From Thermoanaerobaculia bacterium (GTDB lineage: Bacteria; Acidobacteriota; Thermoanaerobaculia; UBA5066): 64,000 nt of DNA. How positions within the stretch are numbered: the first letter of the stretch is position 1; each line of letters begins with the position of its first letter. Below are positions 31,619 to 41,347 of the stretch, piece by piece. The notes beneath the pieces were generated by a model. The model did not search any database and was not told where the DNA came from. It worked only from the letters and a program-made list of their open reading frames with translations. Location of the stretch: assembly GCA_963719225.1 (NCBI GenBank), contig CAVRAY010000001.1, positions 2,496,001-2,560,000 of the forward strand, written 5' to 3'. The position numbers were made by a program, and so were the translations under genes.

Positions 31619-31969
31619 CTACGAAATCTCGGACACGAGCCGCGCGCGGGCCTCGTCGAGCCGGGGACGGGCGGCATGTGGCTCGCCGCCTTCGTCGAAG
31701 ACGACGAGGACGAAATACCCCGCCTTCACGTGAGTCGTGAGAATCCGCCGGTTCGCGAACCGGAAAGAGAGGTCGGAGACTTCACCGAGCCCCGAGCGTT
31801 CCGCGGCACGGCGCAGCTCCCCCAGCCATACGGACTGGTACGCGCCCAGGACCTCCGTCGCGCTCTCGTCGCCGACTCTTGCGATGATCTCGCCCTGCGG
31901 GTCGATGAACGCCGCGCCCAGGGCGCCCGGAGCGTCGAGGAGGCCTTCGAGCGCGTCAGAGAATCTCAT
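31619..31969 (-). CDS. Roadblock/LC7 (MglB-like) domain protein
   Basis: ~116 aa, 'PGALGAAFIDPQGEII' start, YFVLVV strand and C-terminal helix. Confidence 0.7.
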   Translation of the reverse strand: MRFSDALEGLLDAPGALGAAFIDPQGEIIARVGDESATEVLGAYQSVWLGELRRAAERSGLGEVSDLSFRFANRRILTTHVKAGYFVLVVFDEGGEPHAARPRLDEARARLVSEIS

Positions 31970-32769
31970 CTTTCGATCTCCGGCGTCGCGGGCTCGTTCG
32001 AAAGGAAGCGGCGCGCGCGCCGCCCCTCTTCGCTCTCGGGGGCGGCGTTGACCGTGCGCTGCATGTAGCGGACCGCGAGGTCGCGCCGGCCGCTCGACAG
32101 GAGGCAGAGCGCGGCCTGGTAGTTCGCGACCGTGTCGCGAGGTTCGTTCTTCAGCACGGAGAGGAAGTCCTCGAGCGCGCCCTTCAGGTCGTCGAGCTTC
32201 ATGCGCGCGAGGCCTCGTTCACGATAGGCGCGGTCGTTGTCGGGCGAATCGGCGAGGGCGAGGGAGAATTCGCGTTCCGCATCGCGCCAGGCTTCGCGTC
32301 TCCGGTGCAACAGCCCGAGGTTGTAATGCGCGTTCGCCTTCTCCGGCGAGGGAGGGCCGTCGAGGACGGCCTGAAAGTCGACCTCCGAGTCCTCGAAGTG
32401 GCCCGCCTCCATGTGGGCGACGCCCCGGTTGTTTCGCGCCTCGACGAACGCGGCGTCGAGGCGAAGCGAGTCCGAAAACGCCTTGAGGGCGCCGGGGTAG
32501 TCCTTCTTGAAGAGCAGCGCGAGGCCGAGCGCGTTCGGGACGCGCGGATCGCGCGGCGAGCTCGTGCGGGCCCGGAGGAGGATCTGGATGGCCTCGTCGG
32601 CTCGGCCCTCCCGCAGCATGGAGAGTCCGCTCCGGTAGTCGACCAGGTCGGCGAGACCAGGGTTTTCCTTCGGGGGCGCCGAGGCGCTGCCGCATCCCGT
32701 GAGGACGGCCGAGAGCGCGACGAGCACCGCCGCGGCGGGGCACGCGGCCGGGAGGCTCCGCGTCCTCAC
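31966..32769 (-). CDS. TPR lipoprotein (PilF/Tgl-like)
   Basis: Lipobox LTGC; TPRs with NALG, ARNNRG, AHYNLG. Confidence 0.72.
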   Translation of the reverse strand: MRTRSLPAACPAAAVLVALSAVLTGCGSASAPPKENPGLADLVDYRSGLSMLREGRADEAIQILLRARTSSPRDPRVPNALGLALLFKKDYPGALKAFSDSLRLDAAFVEARNNRGVAHMEAGHFEDSEVDFQAVLDGPPSPEKANAHYNLGLLHRRREAWRDAEREFSLALADSPDNDRAYRERGLARMKLDDLKGALEDFLSVLKNEPRDTVANYQAALCLLSSGRRDLAVRYMQRTVNAAPESEEGRRARRFLSNEPATPEIER

Positions 32770-34499
32770 GCAGAGGCCTTCAGCGGAACCTCTTCCCCGA
32801 GGAACTCGAAGTCGCCGGAATTCCACGCCTTGTCGAGTGCGGCGATGACCGCCGGGTCGAACGATTTTCCCGCGAAGGAGATGATCTGCGTGATGACGTA
32901 GGTGAGCGGCATGGCTTTCTGGTACGGGCGCGTCGTCGTCATGGCGTCGAAGGTGTCCGCCACGGCCACGACGCGAGCGACGAGCGGAATGCCTTCGCCC
33001 TTCAGACCGTCCGGGTAGCCCCCGCCAGCCCATTTCTCGTGATGGTGCTTGATTCCCGGAATGACGTCCTTGAGCTGAGGAATCTGACCCATGATGAGCG
33101 CGCCCTTGGCCGGGTGCGTCTTCATGATCTCGAATTCCTCGCTCGTGAGGGCGGTCGGCTTCCTCAGGATGCGGTCGTCGATGCCGATCTTGCCGACGTC
33201 GTGGAGCAGCGCCGAGAGCCGCACGACACGCACTTCCTCGGGAGACAGATCCATGTGGCGCGCGAGGACGACCGCATAGCGGGCGACCCGCTCCGAATGA
33301 CCGCGCGTATATGGATCCTTGGCGTCGATCGCGGCCGCGAGCGTGCGCACGGAATTGATGAACAGCTCCTGGTTCTCTTTCGCCGCCCTCTTGAGCCGAT
33401 CCACAGATTTTTCGATCGAGTCGGACATGGAGTTGAATGTCTCGGAGAGCTCCGCGAGCTCGCGCACGCCGCGGACCTCGACGCGCTGCTTGAAGTTCCC
33501 TTCCGCGATCGACCGCACCTTCTCGACCATCTCGACGAGCGGGTGCGCGAGCAGGCGCGCGGCGACGAGAGCGACGAGCCCGGCGAAGAACAGAGAGAAA
33601 ACCGCGAGGAGGGAAGAGGCCTTCTGCATCTGCGCAACCGATGCGTAGGCCGCCGCCTCGTCCTTCTCCACGATGACGCCCCAGTCCGGGGTCGGGATCG
33701 TCGCGAGCGTGCCGAGAACGCGACGCGCGGTCTTGCCCTCGCCCCGCATGTACGACTTCGTGATCCGGACCGGATGCGCGATGAACTCACTGACGAGGTC
33801 GAGGTGGTGCACGTCCCTCGAACGGAAAGCCGAGGCGTCGCTCGACAGGATGAGCGTGCCCGACCGGTCGACGATATAGGCGAGGACGACGCCGCTCTGC
33901 CCCGCGTCGTCGAGCTTCGCCTTGATGAACTTGAGAGACAACAACGCCTCGACCACGCCGATCGGCTGCTGGCCCTCCGCCGGCCGGACGGGCACGGCGA
34001 GAACGAGCGCGCCATCCGGAAGCGACTTGGGAAAGATCGGGTCGGCCACGTACGAATCGCCGCGCATCGCGGCGTTGTAGGCCTGGCTGAGCGGGCGCTC
34101 CACGTCCGGGTCGAGAGTCGCGGTATCGGCCGCGGAGGCGACGCCGTCGCGGTCGAGGGCGCGCAGCACGGGGAAGCTGGACTCGGCATCGGCGTACTCG
34201 CGCAGGAGCTGCTTTTTCGAGAGATAGAAGAACGGGTCGGTGGACATCGAGCTCGCGAGCCGGATGCCGTCCGCGATCTTCTTGAGCTGCGATTGGGCGT
34301 TCGTGATGTACGTGTCGAAGCTGTCGGCGAGGGTCACCGAGCTGTTCTTCAGGTATTTTTTCTCGGCCGTTTCGAGAGCGTCCCGGTTGATGCGGATGAG
34401 GTTGAAATGCAGGAGGGCGAGGGGGACGATCGAGACGAGGACCAGCGCGACGAGCAGAGCCGTCACGATCCTCAGGCGGGGAAGCCGGGCAACACCCAT
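32766..34499 (-). CDS. Cache-HAMP-HD-GYP cyclic-dinucleotide phosphodiesterase
   Basis: Two TMs, HAMP, KDPYTRGHSERV, LHDVGKI, HHEKWAGGGYPDGL. Confidence 0.9.
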   Translation of the reverse strand: MGVARLPRLRIVTALLVALVLVSIVPLALLHFNLIRINRDALETAEKKYLKNSSVTLADSFDTYITNAQSQLKKIADGIRLASSMSTDPFFYLSKKQLLREYADAESSFPVLRALDRDGVASAADTATLDPDVERPLSQAYNAAMRGDSYVADPIFPKSLPDGALVLAVPVRPAEGQQPIGVVEALLSLKFIKAKLDDAGQSGVVLAYIVDRSGTLILSSDASAFRSRDVHHLDLVSEFIAHPVRITKSYMRGEGKTARRVLGTLATIPTPDWGVIVEKDEAAAYASVAQMQKASSLLAVFSLFFAGLVALVAARLLAHPLVEMVEKVRSIAEGNFKQRVEVRGVRELAELSETFNSMSDSIEKSVDRLKRAAKENQELFINSVRTLAAAIDAKDPYTRGHSERVARYAVVLARHMDLSPEEVRVVRLSALLHDVGKIGIDDRILRKPTALTSEEFEIMKTHPAKGALIMGQIPQLKDVIPGIKHHHEKWAGGGYPDGLKGEGIPLVARVVAVADTFDAMTTTRPYQKAMPLTYVITQIISFAGKSFDPAVIAALDKAWNSGDFEFLGEEVPLKASA

Positions 34500-35614
34500 C
34501 CGACCCTATTGTACCCCGCAAGAACGCTCTCGAAGGCCTCCACGAGCTCCGCCGCCTCGACGCGCACGAGCGCGGTTTCGCCGGGGCGGGCGAGGACCAC
34601 GGCCTTGTGGCCGCGGCGGTCGGATTTCTTGTCGGCCCGAAGGAGCGCGCCGACTCCGCGCACCGCGGAAGTGGAAGGGCACGGCGGCTGGACGAGCCGG
34701 ACGACGCGGCCAGCGAGCGCCTCGGCCGTGCCCCGGGGAAGCCGCGCTCTCTTCACCGATACGTGAAGCGCCGCGAGCAGCCCCCAGGCGACGGCTTCCC
34801 CGTGCTCGAGGCGGTGTCCCGAGGCCGTTTCGAGAGCGTGGCCCACCGTGTGTCCGAGGTTCAGGGCGGCCCTCTCCCCCGTTCTCTCGAAGGGATCGCG
34901 TGACACGGCGCGCGCCTTCACGCGCAGGGACCGGAGCACGGCCTCGGTGACGGCCGCCGGCTCTCGGGCGGAAAGGGGGACCTCGAGGCGCGCCATCGCC
35001 CGATGGAAATCCGCGTCGAGCATCGACGTCTTGACGGCCTCCGCCAGACCGGACCGATACGCGCGGAGCGGCAGCGTCTCGAGCGTGGACGTATCGACGA
35101 CGACGAGACGAGCCGGATGGAACGCGCCCGCGAGATTCTTTCCCGAGGGAAGGTCCACGGCGGTCTTGCCGCCGAGGGCGCTGTCGGAGGCCGCGAGAAG
35201 AGTCGTCGGCGCCTGGACGACAGGCACGCCGCGCAGCGCGAGAGCGGCCGCGAAGCCCGCCACGTCACCCACGGTTCCACCTCCCAACGCGACGACGCCC
35301 CCGTCCCGCCGAAGGCCGCGCCGGACGAGCTGCTCGAGGAGCCGGCCGAGGACGGACCAGGTCTTGGCGGCTTCGCCGTCCGGGACGAAGAGGGGTTTCG
35401 GATCGAGGACCCCCTCAATGCCTCCAGCTGACAGCTTCGGGCCATGGAGATTGAAGATCTTCTTAGAAGTAATGAGGAACCAGCGGCCCGGCGCAATACG
35501 GCGGAGGCGCGCGCCGAGCGAAGCCAGCGCGCCGGACCCGACGACGACGTCGGTCCGGACGCCGGCCGCAACAAACGAAAACGAGGAGAGATGACGGCCC
35601 TTCCCCAACCACAC
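34472..35614 (-). CDS. aroB: 3-dehydroquinate synthase
   Basis: GEAAK, GGGTVGD, PTTLLA, GGKT, LNLGHTVGHALE, HGEAV; start uncertain. Confidence 0.93.
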   Translation of the reverse strand: MWLGKGRHLSSFSFVAAGVRTDVVVGSGALASLGARLRRIAPGRWFLITSKKIFNLHGPKLSAGGIEGVLDPKPLFVPDGEAAKTWSVLGRLLEQLVRRGLRRDGGVVALGGGTVGDVAGFAAALALRGVPVVQAPTTLLAASDSALGGKTAVDLPSGKNLAGAFHPARLVVVDTSTLETLPLRAYRSGLAEAVKTSMLDADFHRAMARLEVPLSAREPAAVTEAVLRSLRVKARAVSRDPFERTGERAALNLGHTVGHALETASGHRLEHGEAVAWGLLAALHVSVKRARLPRGTAEALAGRVVRLVQPPCPSTSAVRGVGALLRADKKSDRRGHKAVVLARPGETALVRVEAAELVEAFESVLAGYNRVGWVLPGFPA

Positions 35615-35648
35615 GCCCTTCCCCTCTCCCCCTTCTAAGAAAATCTTC
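35459..35648. repeat. CCTTCTAAGAA motif cluster 2 (aroB 5' region and aroB-aspS gap)
   Basis: CTTCTTAGAAG at 35459-35469; CCTTCTAAGAAAATCTTC at 35631-35648 in a polypyrimidine tract. Confidence 0.7.
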
Positions 35649-35685
35649 TCTTCTCTTTTCTTTTCCTAGACAAGAAATATTCTCT

Positions 35686-37449
35686 TCAGCCCTCGGCCTT
35701 CGGCGGTTTCGCGAGCGCGATGTGGAGCTCGGCGAGCTGCTCGGACGACACGGGATTCGGGCACTGGGTCATGAGATCCGTCCCCGAAGCGGTCTTCGGG
35801 AAGGCGATCACGTCGCGAATCGAGGACGAGCCCGTCAGGATCATGAGCATGCGATCGAGCCCGAGCGCGATCCCGCCATGGGGCGGTGCGCCGAAACGGA
35901 AGGCGTCGAGGAGGAATCCGAACTTGGAGCGTGCCTCCTCCGGGCTAATTCCGAGCGCGGTGAAAACGCGCGACTGCACGTCGGGCCGGTGGATCCGGAT
36001 GGACCCGCCGCCCAGCTCCATGCCGTTCAGAACGACGTCGTACGCGCGCGCCTTCACGCGGCCGGGCTCGCTCTCGAGATACGGCAGGTCCTCCTCGCGC
36101 GGCGACGTGAACGGGTGATGCATCGCGTACCAGCGGGCGTCTTCCTCGTGCCATTCCAGAAGCGGGAAGCCGGTCACCCAGAGGAACTCGTAGCGTCCTT
36201 CGGGGACGAGCTTCTCCTCGCGCGCGATCTGGACGCGGAGCGCGCCGAGGAAGTCATTGACGGACTTCTTCGTACCGGCGGCAATGAGGAGGAGGTCGCC
36301 GGAACGCCCGCCCAGCGCGGCACCGATCTTCTCGACCGCTCCGTCGCTGAAGATTTTCTTGGAATTGGAATTCCAGGCCTCCTCTTCCGCGAGCTTGACC
36401 CAGATGAACCACTCGGCGCCGCTCGCCCGCGCGGCCTTTTCGAGGTCATCCAGCCGCTTGCGGGAAAAAGACGCGCCGCCGGGCACGCACAGTCCTTTGG
36501 CCGTATCCATTTTCGAAGGAAAAACAAGCAAACCCTCGCCGAGGCTTTTCAATTCGAGATCGAAGCGGGTGTCCGGCCGGTCGATGCCGTAGCGCTCCAT
36601 CGCCTCGTCGTACGTCATTCTCTTGAACGGGGCCTCGCACGGGATCCCCCACGCCGGGAATACCTTCGCGAAGAGCTTCTCGACGAGCGCGAAGACGGCC
36701 TCCTCGCTCGGGAACGACATCTCGATGTCCACCTGAGTGAACTCGGGCTGGCGGTCGGCCCTCAGGTCCTCGTCGCGGAAGCAGCGTGCGATCTGGTAGT
36801 AGCGCTCCATCCCCGAGACCATCAGGAGCTGCTTGAAGAGCTGCGGCGACTGCGGGAGAGCGTAGAACTCGCCCTCGTGGACGCGCGACGGGACGAGGAA
36901 GTCGCGCGCGCCCTCGGGGGTCGACTTCGTGAGGATGGGCGTCTCCACGTCGAGGAACCCCTCGGCGTGCATCACTTCCCGGATCGCCATCGTCACCGCG
37001 CTGCGCGTCATGAACTTCTTCGTCATTTCGGGGCGCCTGAGGTCGAGATAGCGGTGCGTGAGGCGCAGATCCTCCGACGCCTTGATGCCGTCCTCGATCG
37101 GAAATGGCGGGGTGTCGGCCCGATTCAGGATGGAAAGCGCCGTCGCGCGGAGCTCGATCTCGCCGGTCGGAAGGTCGCGATTGACGCTCGGCCCCTCCCT
37201 CTCGACGACCGCGCCGGTCACGTCGAGGACGAACTCGTTGCGAAGCTCCTTGGCCTTCTCGAGGAGATCGGCTTGAGGCACGAACCGCGCGTCGAACACG
37301 ACCTGGGCGATGCCGGAGCGGTCGCGCAGGTCGATGAACACGAGCTCGCCGTGGTCGCGTCGCCGGTTCACCCAGCCCTGCAGGCGAACCGTCCGCCCGA
37401 CGTCGTTCTTGCGGAGAGTTCCGGCGGGGGTGCGTTCCGGAGAGGACAT
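35686..37449 (-). CDS. aspS: Aspartate-tRNA ligase
   Basis: RRDHG..FIDLRD, TPEGARDF, LPQSPQLFKQ, FRDEDLRADRQPEF, PPHGGIALGLDR. Confidence 0.97.
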   Translation of the reverse strand: MSSPERTPAGTLRKNDVGRTVRLQGWVNRRRDHGELVFIDLRDRSGIAQVVFDARFVPQADLLEKAKELRNEFVLDVTGAVVEREGPSVNRDLPTGEIELRATALSILNRADTPPFPIEDGIKASEDLRLTHRYLDLRRPEMTKKFMTRSAVTMAIREVMHAEGFLDVETPILTKSTPEGARDFLVPSRVHEGEFYALPQSPQLFKQLLMVSGMERYYQIARCFRDEDLRADRQPEFTQVDIEMSFPSEEAVFALVEKLFAKVFPAWGIPCEAPFKRMTYDEAMERYGIDRPDTRFDLELKSLGEGLLVFPSKMDTAKGLCVPGGASFSRKRLDDLEKAARASGAEWFIWVKLAEEEAWNSNSKKIFSDGAVEKIGAALGGRSGDLLLIAAGTKKSVNDFLGALRVQIAREEKLVPEGRYEFLWVTGFPLLEWHEEDARWYAMHHPFTSPREEDLPYLESEPGRVKARAYDVVLNGMELGGGSIRIHRPDVQSRVFTALGISPEEARSKFGFLLDAFRFGAPPHGGIALGLDRMLMILTGSSSIRDVIAFPKTASGTDLMTQCPNPVSSEQLAELHIALAKPPKAEG

Positions 37450-37460
37450 CGTGGCGGATC

Positions 37461-38723
37461 TTACAGACGCGCGCGGAGGACGGCCGCGAGGCCGAGCCGC
37501 GGCAGCGACTCCTGCGTGCGCCGCGCGAGATCCTTGACGTTCACGACTTCCGCCTCGCGCTCCTTCTGCCCGACGAGAACCGCGAGAGTGGCCCCGATCT
37601 TCTCCGCCACCCTGAGGCCGTGACCGGGCCCCTTCGCGGCCGTGACGAGATCGACGGGAATTCCCTCCTGGCGGAGCGCGCGGGCGAGCGCCATGGATTC
37701 CTCGACGTCGGCGCGCTCGAGAGGAATCACCGCGAGGCGCCTCGTCCCCTCGATCGCCTCCTTGCGGAATTCCGCAGGAAGGACGTCGACCAGACGGTCC
37801 TCGCCGATGGCGAACCCGATTCCTGCGGTCTTCGGTCCCCCGAGATCGGAAACGAGCCTGTCGTAGCGCCCGCCGCCGAGGATCGCATCCTGCGCTCCGA
37901 GGCCGGCGGCCGTCACCTCGAAGACCGTGCGGGTGTAGTAGTCCAGGCCGCGGACCAGAAGAGGATCGATTCGATACGGGATCTTCGCCGCGTCGAGAAA
38001 GCCGAGAAGCATCGTGTGGTGTTCGGAGGATTCCTTCGAAAGGTAATCGACCATGCGCGGCAGCGAGGGGTCGGCGAGCCATTCCGCGAGGCGCGGGTTC
38101 TTCGAATCGAGGATCCGGAGCGGGTTTTCCGCGAGGCGCCGCCTGTCGTCGTCATCCAGCGATTTCTCCTTCGAAGAAAACCAGGCGCGCAGCGCCTGGA
38201 TGAATTCCGGTCTCTCGGCGTCAGTCCCCACGGAATTGAGCGAAACGGAAAGTCCCGTGAACCCGAGCCGCCCGAGGAAGTCGAAGAGCATGACGAGCAG
38301 CTCGGCGTCCGTCGCGGCGTCCGCGGGGCCGAGCACCTCCGCGCCGATCTGCCGGAACTCGCGGTAGCGGCCCTTCTGCGGGCGCTCGTAGCGGAACTGC
38401 GGCCCGACGTAGTAGAGCTTCCAGGGCCTCCCGGCCTGGGCGAGCGCGTGCTCGACGTAGGCCCGCGCGACCCCGGCCGTGTTCTCGGGACGCATCGTCA
38501 CGGAGCGCCCGCCGCGGTCGGTGAACGTGTACATCTCCTTGTGGACGATGTCGGTCGCCTCGCCGACGCTCCTGACGAAGAGCTCGGTGGACTCAAGCGT
38601 CGGCGTCCGGATCTCGTCGAACCCGTAGAGCGCGAAAACCGCGTGCGCGGCGGCTTCGACGCGGTTCCAGACACGCGTCTCGGGCGGGAGGAGGTCCCGC
38701 GTCCCCTTGACGCTCGCGATCAT
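37461..38723 (-). CDS. hisS: Histidine-tRNA ligase
   Basis: KGTRD, RPENTA, FRYERPQKGRYREF, RGLDYY, GGGRYD. Confidence 0.97.
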   Translation of the reverse strand: MIASVKGTRDLLPPETRVWNRVEAAAHAVFALYGFDEIRTPTLESTELFVRSVGEATDIVHKEMYTFTDRGGRSVTMRPENTAGVARAYVEHALAQAGRPWKLYYVGPQFRYERPQKGRYREFRQIGAEVLGPADAATDAELLVMLFDFLGRLGFTGLSVSLNSVGTDAERPEFIQALRAWFSSKEKSLDDDDRRRLAENPLRILDSKNPRLAEWLADPSLPRMVDYLSKESSEHHTMLLGFLDAAKIPYRIDPLLVRGLDYYTRTVFEVTAAGLGAQDAILGGGRYDRLVSDLGGPKTAGIGFAIGEDRLVDVLPAEFRKEAIEGTRRLAVIPLERADVEESMALARALRQEGIPVDLVTAAKGPGHGLRVAEKIGATLAVLVGQKEREAEVVNVKDLARRTQESLPRLGLAAVLRARL

Positions 38724-38748
38724 CGTGGGCCCTCGCGGGCCGCCGGCG

Positions 38749-39306
38749 TCACGCGCGGCGAAGGGCCGCGTTCACGTCCGCCAGGCCCTTCGCCTCGTTG
38801 CCGAGGTATTCGGTCTTGTACTCGAGGTAGTTCTTCCAATACGTCCTGAGGCCCTCGACCTCGTCCGGGGTGAGGTCGCGCCTGTACTTCGCGGGATTCC
38901 CCGCCCAGAGCGTGGCCGGCGGGATCACCGTCCCGTTCAGGACGACCGAGCCGGCCGCGACGAGGGCGCTGGCGCCGACATCGGCGTTGTCGAGAACGGT
39001 CGCGTTCATGCCGATGAGGGCGCCCCGGTGGACGGTGCAGGCATGCACGACGGCGTTGTGACCGACCGTGACCTCCTCCTCGAGCGTGAGAGGCCCGATC
39101 CGGCTCGTGACGTGGAGCGAGCAGTTGTCCTGCACGTTCGAGCGGGCGCCGATTCGAATCGAGCAGCAGTCGCCGCGAACGACCGCCGAATACCAGATCG
39201 ACACGTCGTCGGCGAGGACCACGTCCCCGATGACCGCCGCCGTCTCCGCGACGAAGACTCCCGAGCCGAGCCGGGGCGCGAGGCCGCGGTAAGAACGAAT
39301 CGTCAT
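38749..39306 (-). CDS. Gamma carbonic anhydrase family protein (YrdA/PaaY-like)
   Basis: Hexapeptide repeats, RGD, NVQD..H, TVGH..VH. Confidence 0.9.
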   Translation of the reverse strand: MTIRSYRGLAPRLGSGVFVAETAAVIGDVVLADDVSIWYSAVVRGDCCSIRIGARSNVQDNCSLHVTSRIGPLTLEEEVTVGHNAVVHACTVHRGALIGMNATVLDNADVGASALVAAGSVVLNGTVIPPATLWAGNPAKYRRDLTPDEVEGLRTYWKNYLEYKTEYLGNEAKGLADVNAALRRA

Positions 39307-39420
39307 CCAAATCGAACGATATCAAAGCGTCGACGCGACTGAATCGTCCCCCTGCACAGCACCTTGTGCGAGGCGGAAAAACCCGAGCAATAACGCCGCT
39401 TCAAGGGCTTTTTTCGACCG

Positions 39421-39471
39421 CAATACACAGGCTTTTCCACAGATAAGTTGAAATGTCTCAACTTCTTGATT
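39421..39471. promoter_or_regulatory. DnaA box plus IHF-consensus site in an AT-rich intergenic gap
   Basis: TTTTCCACA (39433-39441) matches TTWTNCACA; CAACTTCTTGATT (39459-39471) matches YAANNNNTTGATW. Confidence 0.45.
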
Positions 39472-39546
39472 GTCAGCGATTTGGAATGGATGGGACGGCG
39501 AAATACTGGGGTTTCTTCGCACGCCTCTTACAAACGAGAATCAGGG

Positions 39547-41340
39547 TCAGGCGGATCGACCGGAGGGCCGCGCCCTCGAGCTGCTTTTCCCGAAAGCCGA
39601 GAGCAGCTGGCGCGCCTGGGCGCGTGCCGGCTCCCCCACGGACGCGCCCGCGAGGAGCGCCGCGACGGCCTCCATCCGGCCGGTCCCGTCGAGGGCCTCC
39701 ACGCGCGTCCGCGTCCGGCCTTTCGAAGCCTCCTTCGAGACCGAGAAATGCCACTCGCCGGCTGCGGCGACCTGCGCGAGATGCGTGACGACGAGGACCT
39801 GCTCTTTCGCCGCCAGACCCCGCAGCTTCCGCCCGACGGCCTCTGCCGTCGCGCCCGACACGCCCGCGTCCACCTCGTCGAAGACGAAGGTCCGAACCGG
39901 ACTGCCGCGCCGCCGGGCCGCCGGCTCGTCCTCCCGGAGCAGCTCCTCGGCGCCCAGCGCCGCGGCGAGTGCGAGCTGGACGCGAGAGAGCTCTCCGCCC
40001 GACGCGATCTTCTGGAGCGGACGCGCCGGCTCCCCCGGGTTCGGCGCGAAGGCGAAGCCCACCACGTCGATGCCATGCGCCCCGAAGGAGACGCGGCTGC
40101 CGCCGGCCGCGAAGCGGCTCGATTCCTCTTCCCGGCGCGCGACGGAGACCGAAAACGACGACTTCAGGAACGCGAGGTCGCGCAGGTGCGCCTCCACGGC
40201 CCGGCCGAGGCGCGGCGCGGCCGCCTCGCGCGCGGCGGAGAGCTCGAGCGCGGCGCGGCGAAAGGCGGAAAAGGCCTTTTCCGACGTCCCCTCCGCCTTC
40301 TTGACGGCGCCCTCGAGATCGCGAAGCTCGTCGCGCTCGTTGGCGAGGGACGCGCGCTTCTCGAGCACGTCGGAGAGCGTCGCGCCGTACTTCCGCTTCA
40401 GCTTCGCGAGAGCGTCGAGCCGCTCGGCCACGAACGCGGCCCGGGCGGGATCGGCCTCGAGGCTCCCGAGGTCGCGGGACGTCTCGAAGGCGACCTCCTT
40501 GAGTCGTTCGATCGCCTCGGCGAGGGTTGCGCTTCGGGTGGCGTAGGAAGAAGAGAATTCTTCGAGTGAATGAAGAGCGGAACGCGCCGCGGCGGCGGCC
40601 CTCAAGGCGCCCCGCTCGTCGTCCTCCAGAGCCGCGGACGCTTCCGCGAGAAGCTTTCCGATCCGCTCGACGCTCGCCAGTCTCTTCCTTTCAGAAGAAA
40701 TCTCCTCGTCTTCCCCCTCTTTCGGTCCGACCCCGTCGATCTCGCCGATCTGGAAATCGAGCAGCTCGAGCCTTTGAACGCGGTCCCTGGCCGCCTCGTG
40801 AAGGCGGGCGAGGTCGCGCTCGGCGCCGACGAACTCGCGGAAGAGCGCCGCCGTCGCCGCCGCCTTCTCCCCGAGACCCGCGAAGCGGTCGAGGAGCTCG
40901 CGAGGCGCATCGGGATCGAGGAGGTCGCGCGCCTCCGCCTGTCCGTAGAGGACGAGGAGATGCGGCGCGATCTCCTGCAGGGTCTTCAGGGCCGTGGGAG
41001 AGCCGTTCACGAGGAGCCGGCTCTTGCCGCCCGCGGCGACTTCTCGGCGCACGACGACTTCGAACGGGCCCGAGCCGCCTTCCTCGAGGAGGCCCGCGTC
41101 GGCGAGCGTACGCCTCGCCTCGGCGTCGTCGCAGTCGAACGCGCCCTCGACGACGAGCCGCTCGGCCCCCGCGCGGACGAGAGCGGGGTCCGCCCGTCCT
41201 CCCGCGAGGAGCATCACGGCGTCGACGACGAGGGACTTGCCGGCGCCCGTCTCTCCCGTCAGGACGGTGAGGCCTTCACCGAACGCCACCTCGACGTCCT
41301 CGAGGACGGCGAGGTCGCGGACACGGAGAGACGTCAACAT
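39547..41340 (-). CDS. recN: DNA repair protein RecN
   Basis: TGETGAGKS, SGGELSR, FDEVDAG, VTHLAQVAA. Confidence 0.95.
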   Translation of the reverse strand: MLTSLRVRDLAVLEDVEVAFGEGLTVLTGETGAGKSLVVDAVMLLAGGRADPALVRAGAERLVVEGAFDCDDAEARRTLADAGLLEEGGSGPFEVVVRREVAAGGKSRLLVNGSPTALKTLQEIAPHLLVLYGQAEARDLLDPDAPRELLDRFAGLGEKAAATAALFREFVGAERDLARLHEAARDRVQRLELLDFQIGEIDGVGPKEGEDEEISSERKRLASVERIGKLLAEASAALEDDERGALRAAAAARSALHSLEEFSSSYATRSATLAEAIERLKEVAFETSRDLGSLEADPARAAFVAERLDALAKLKRKYGATLSDVLEKRASLANERDELRDLEGAVKKAEGTSEKAFSAFRRAALELSAAREAAAPRLGRAVEAHLRDLAFLKSSFSVSVARREEESSRFAAGGSRVSFGAHGIDVVGFAFAPNPGEPARPLQKIASGGELSRVQLALAAALGAEELLREDEPAARRRGSPVRTFVFDEVDAGVSGATAEAVGRKLRGLAAKEQVLVVTHLAQVAAAGEWHFSVSKEASKGRTRTRVEALDGTGRMEAVAALLAGASVGEPARAQARQLLSAFGKSSSRARPSGRSA

Positions 41341-41347
41341 GAAAGAG

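Noticed and set aside
39322-39522. 66-aa ORF in the recN-yrdA gap
   Set aside because: No SD, no recognisable motif and atypical codons; the region looks regulatory.
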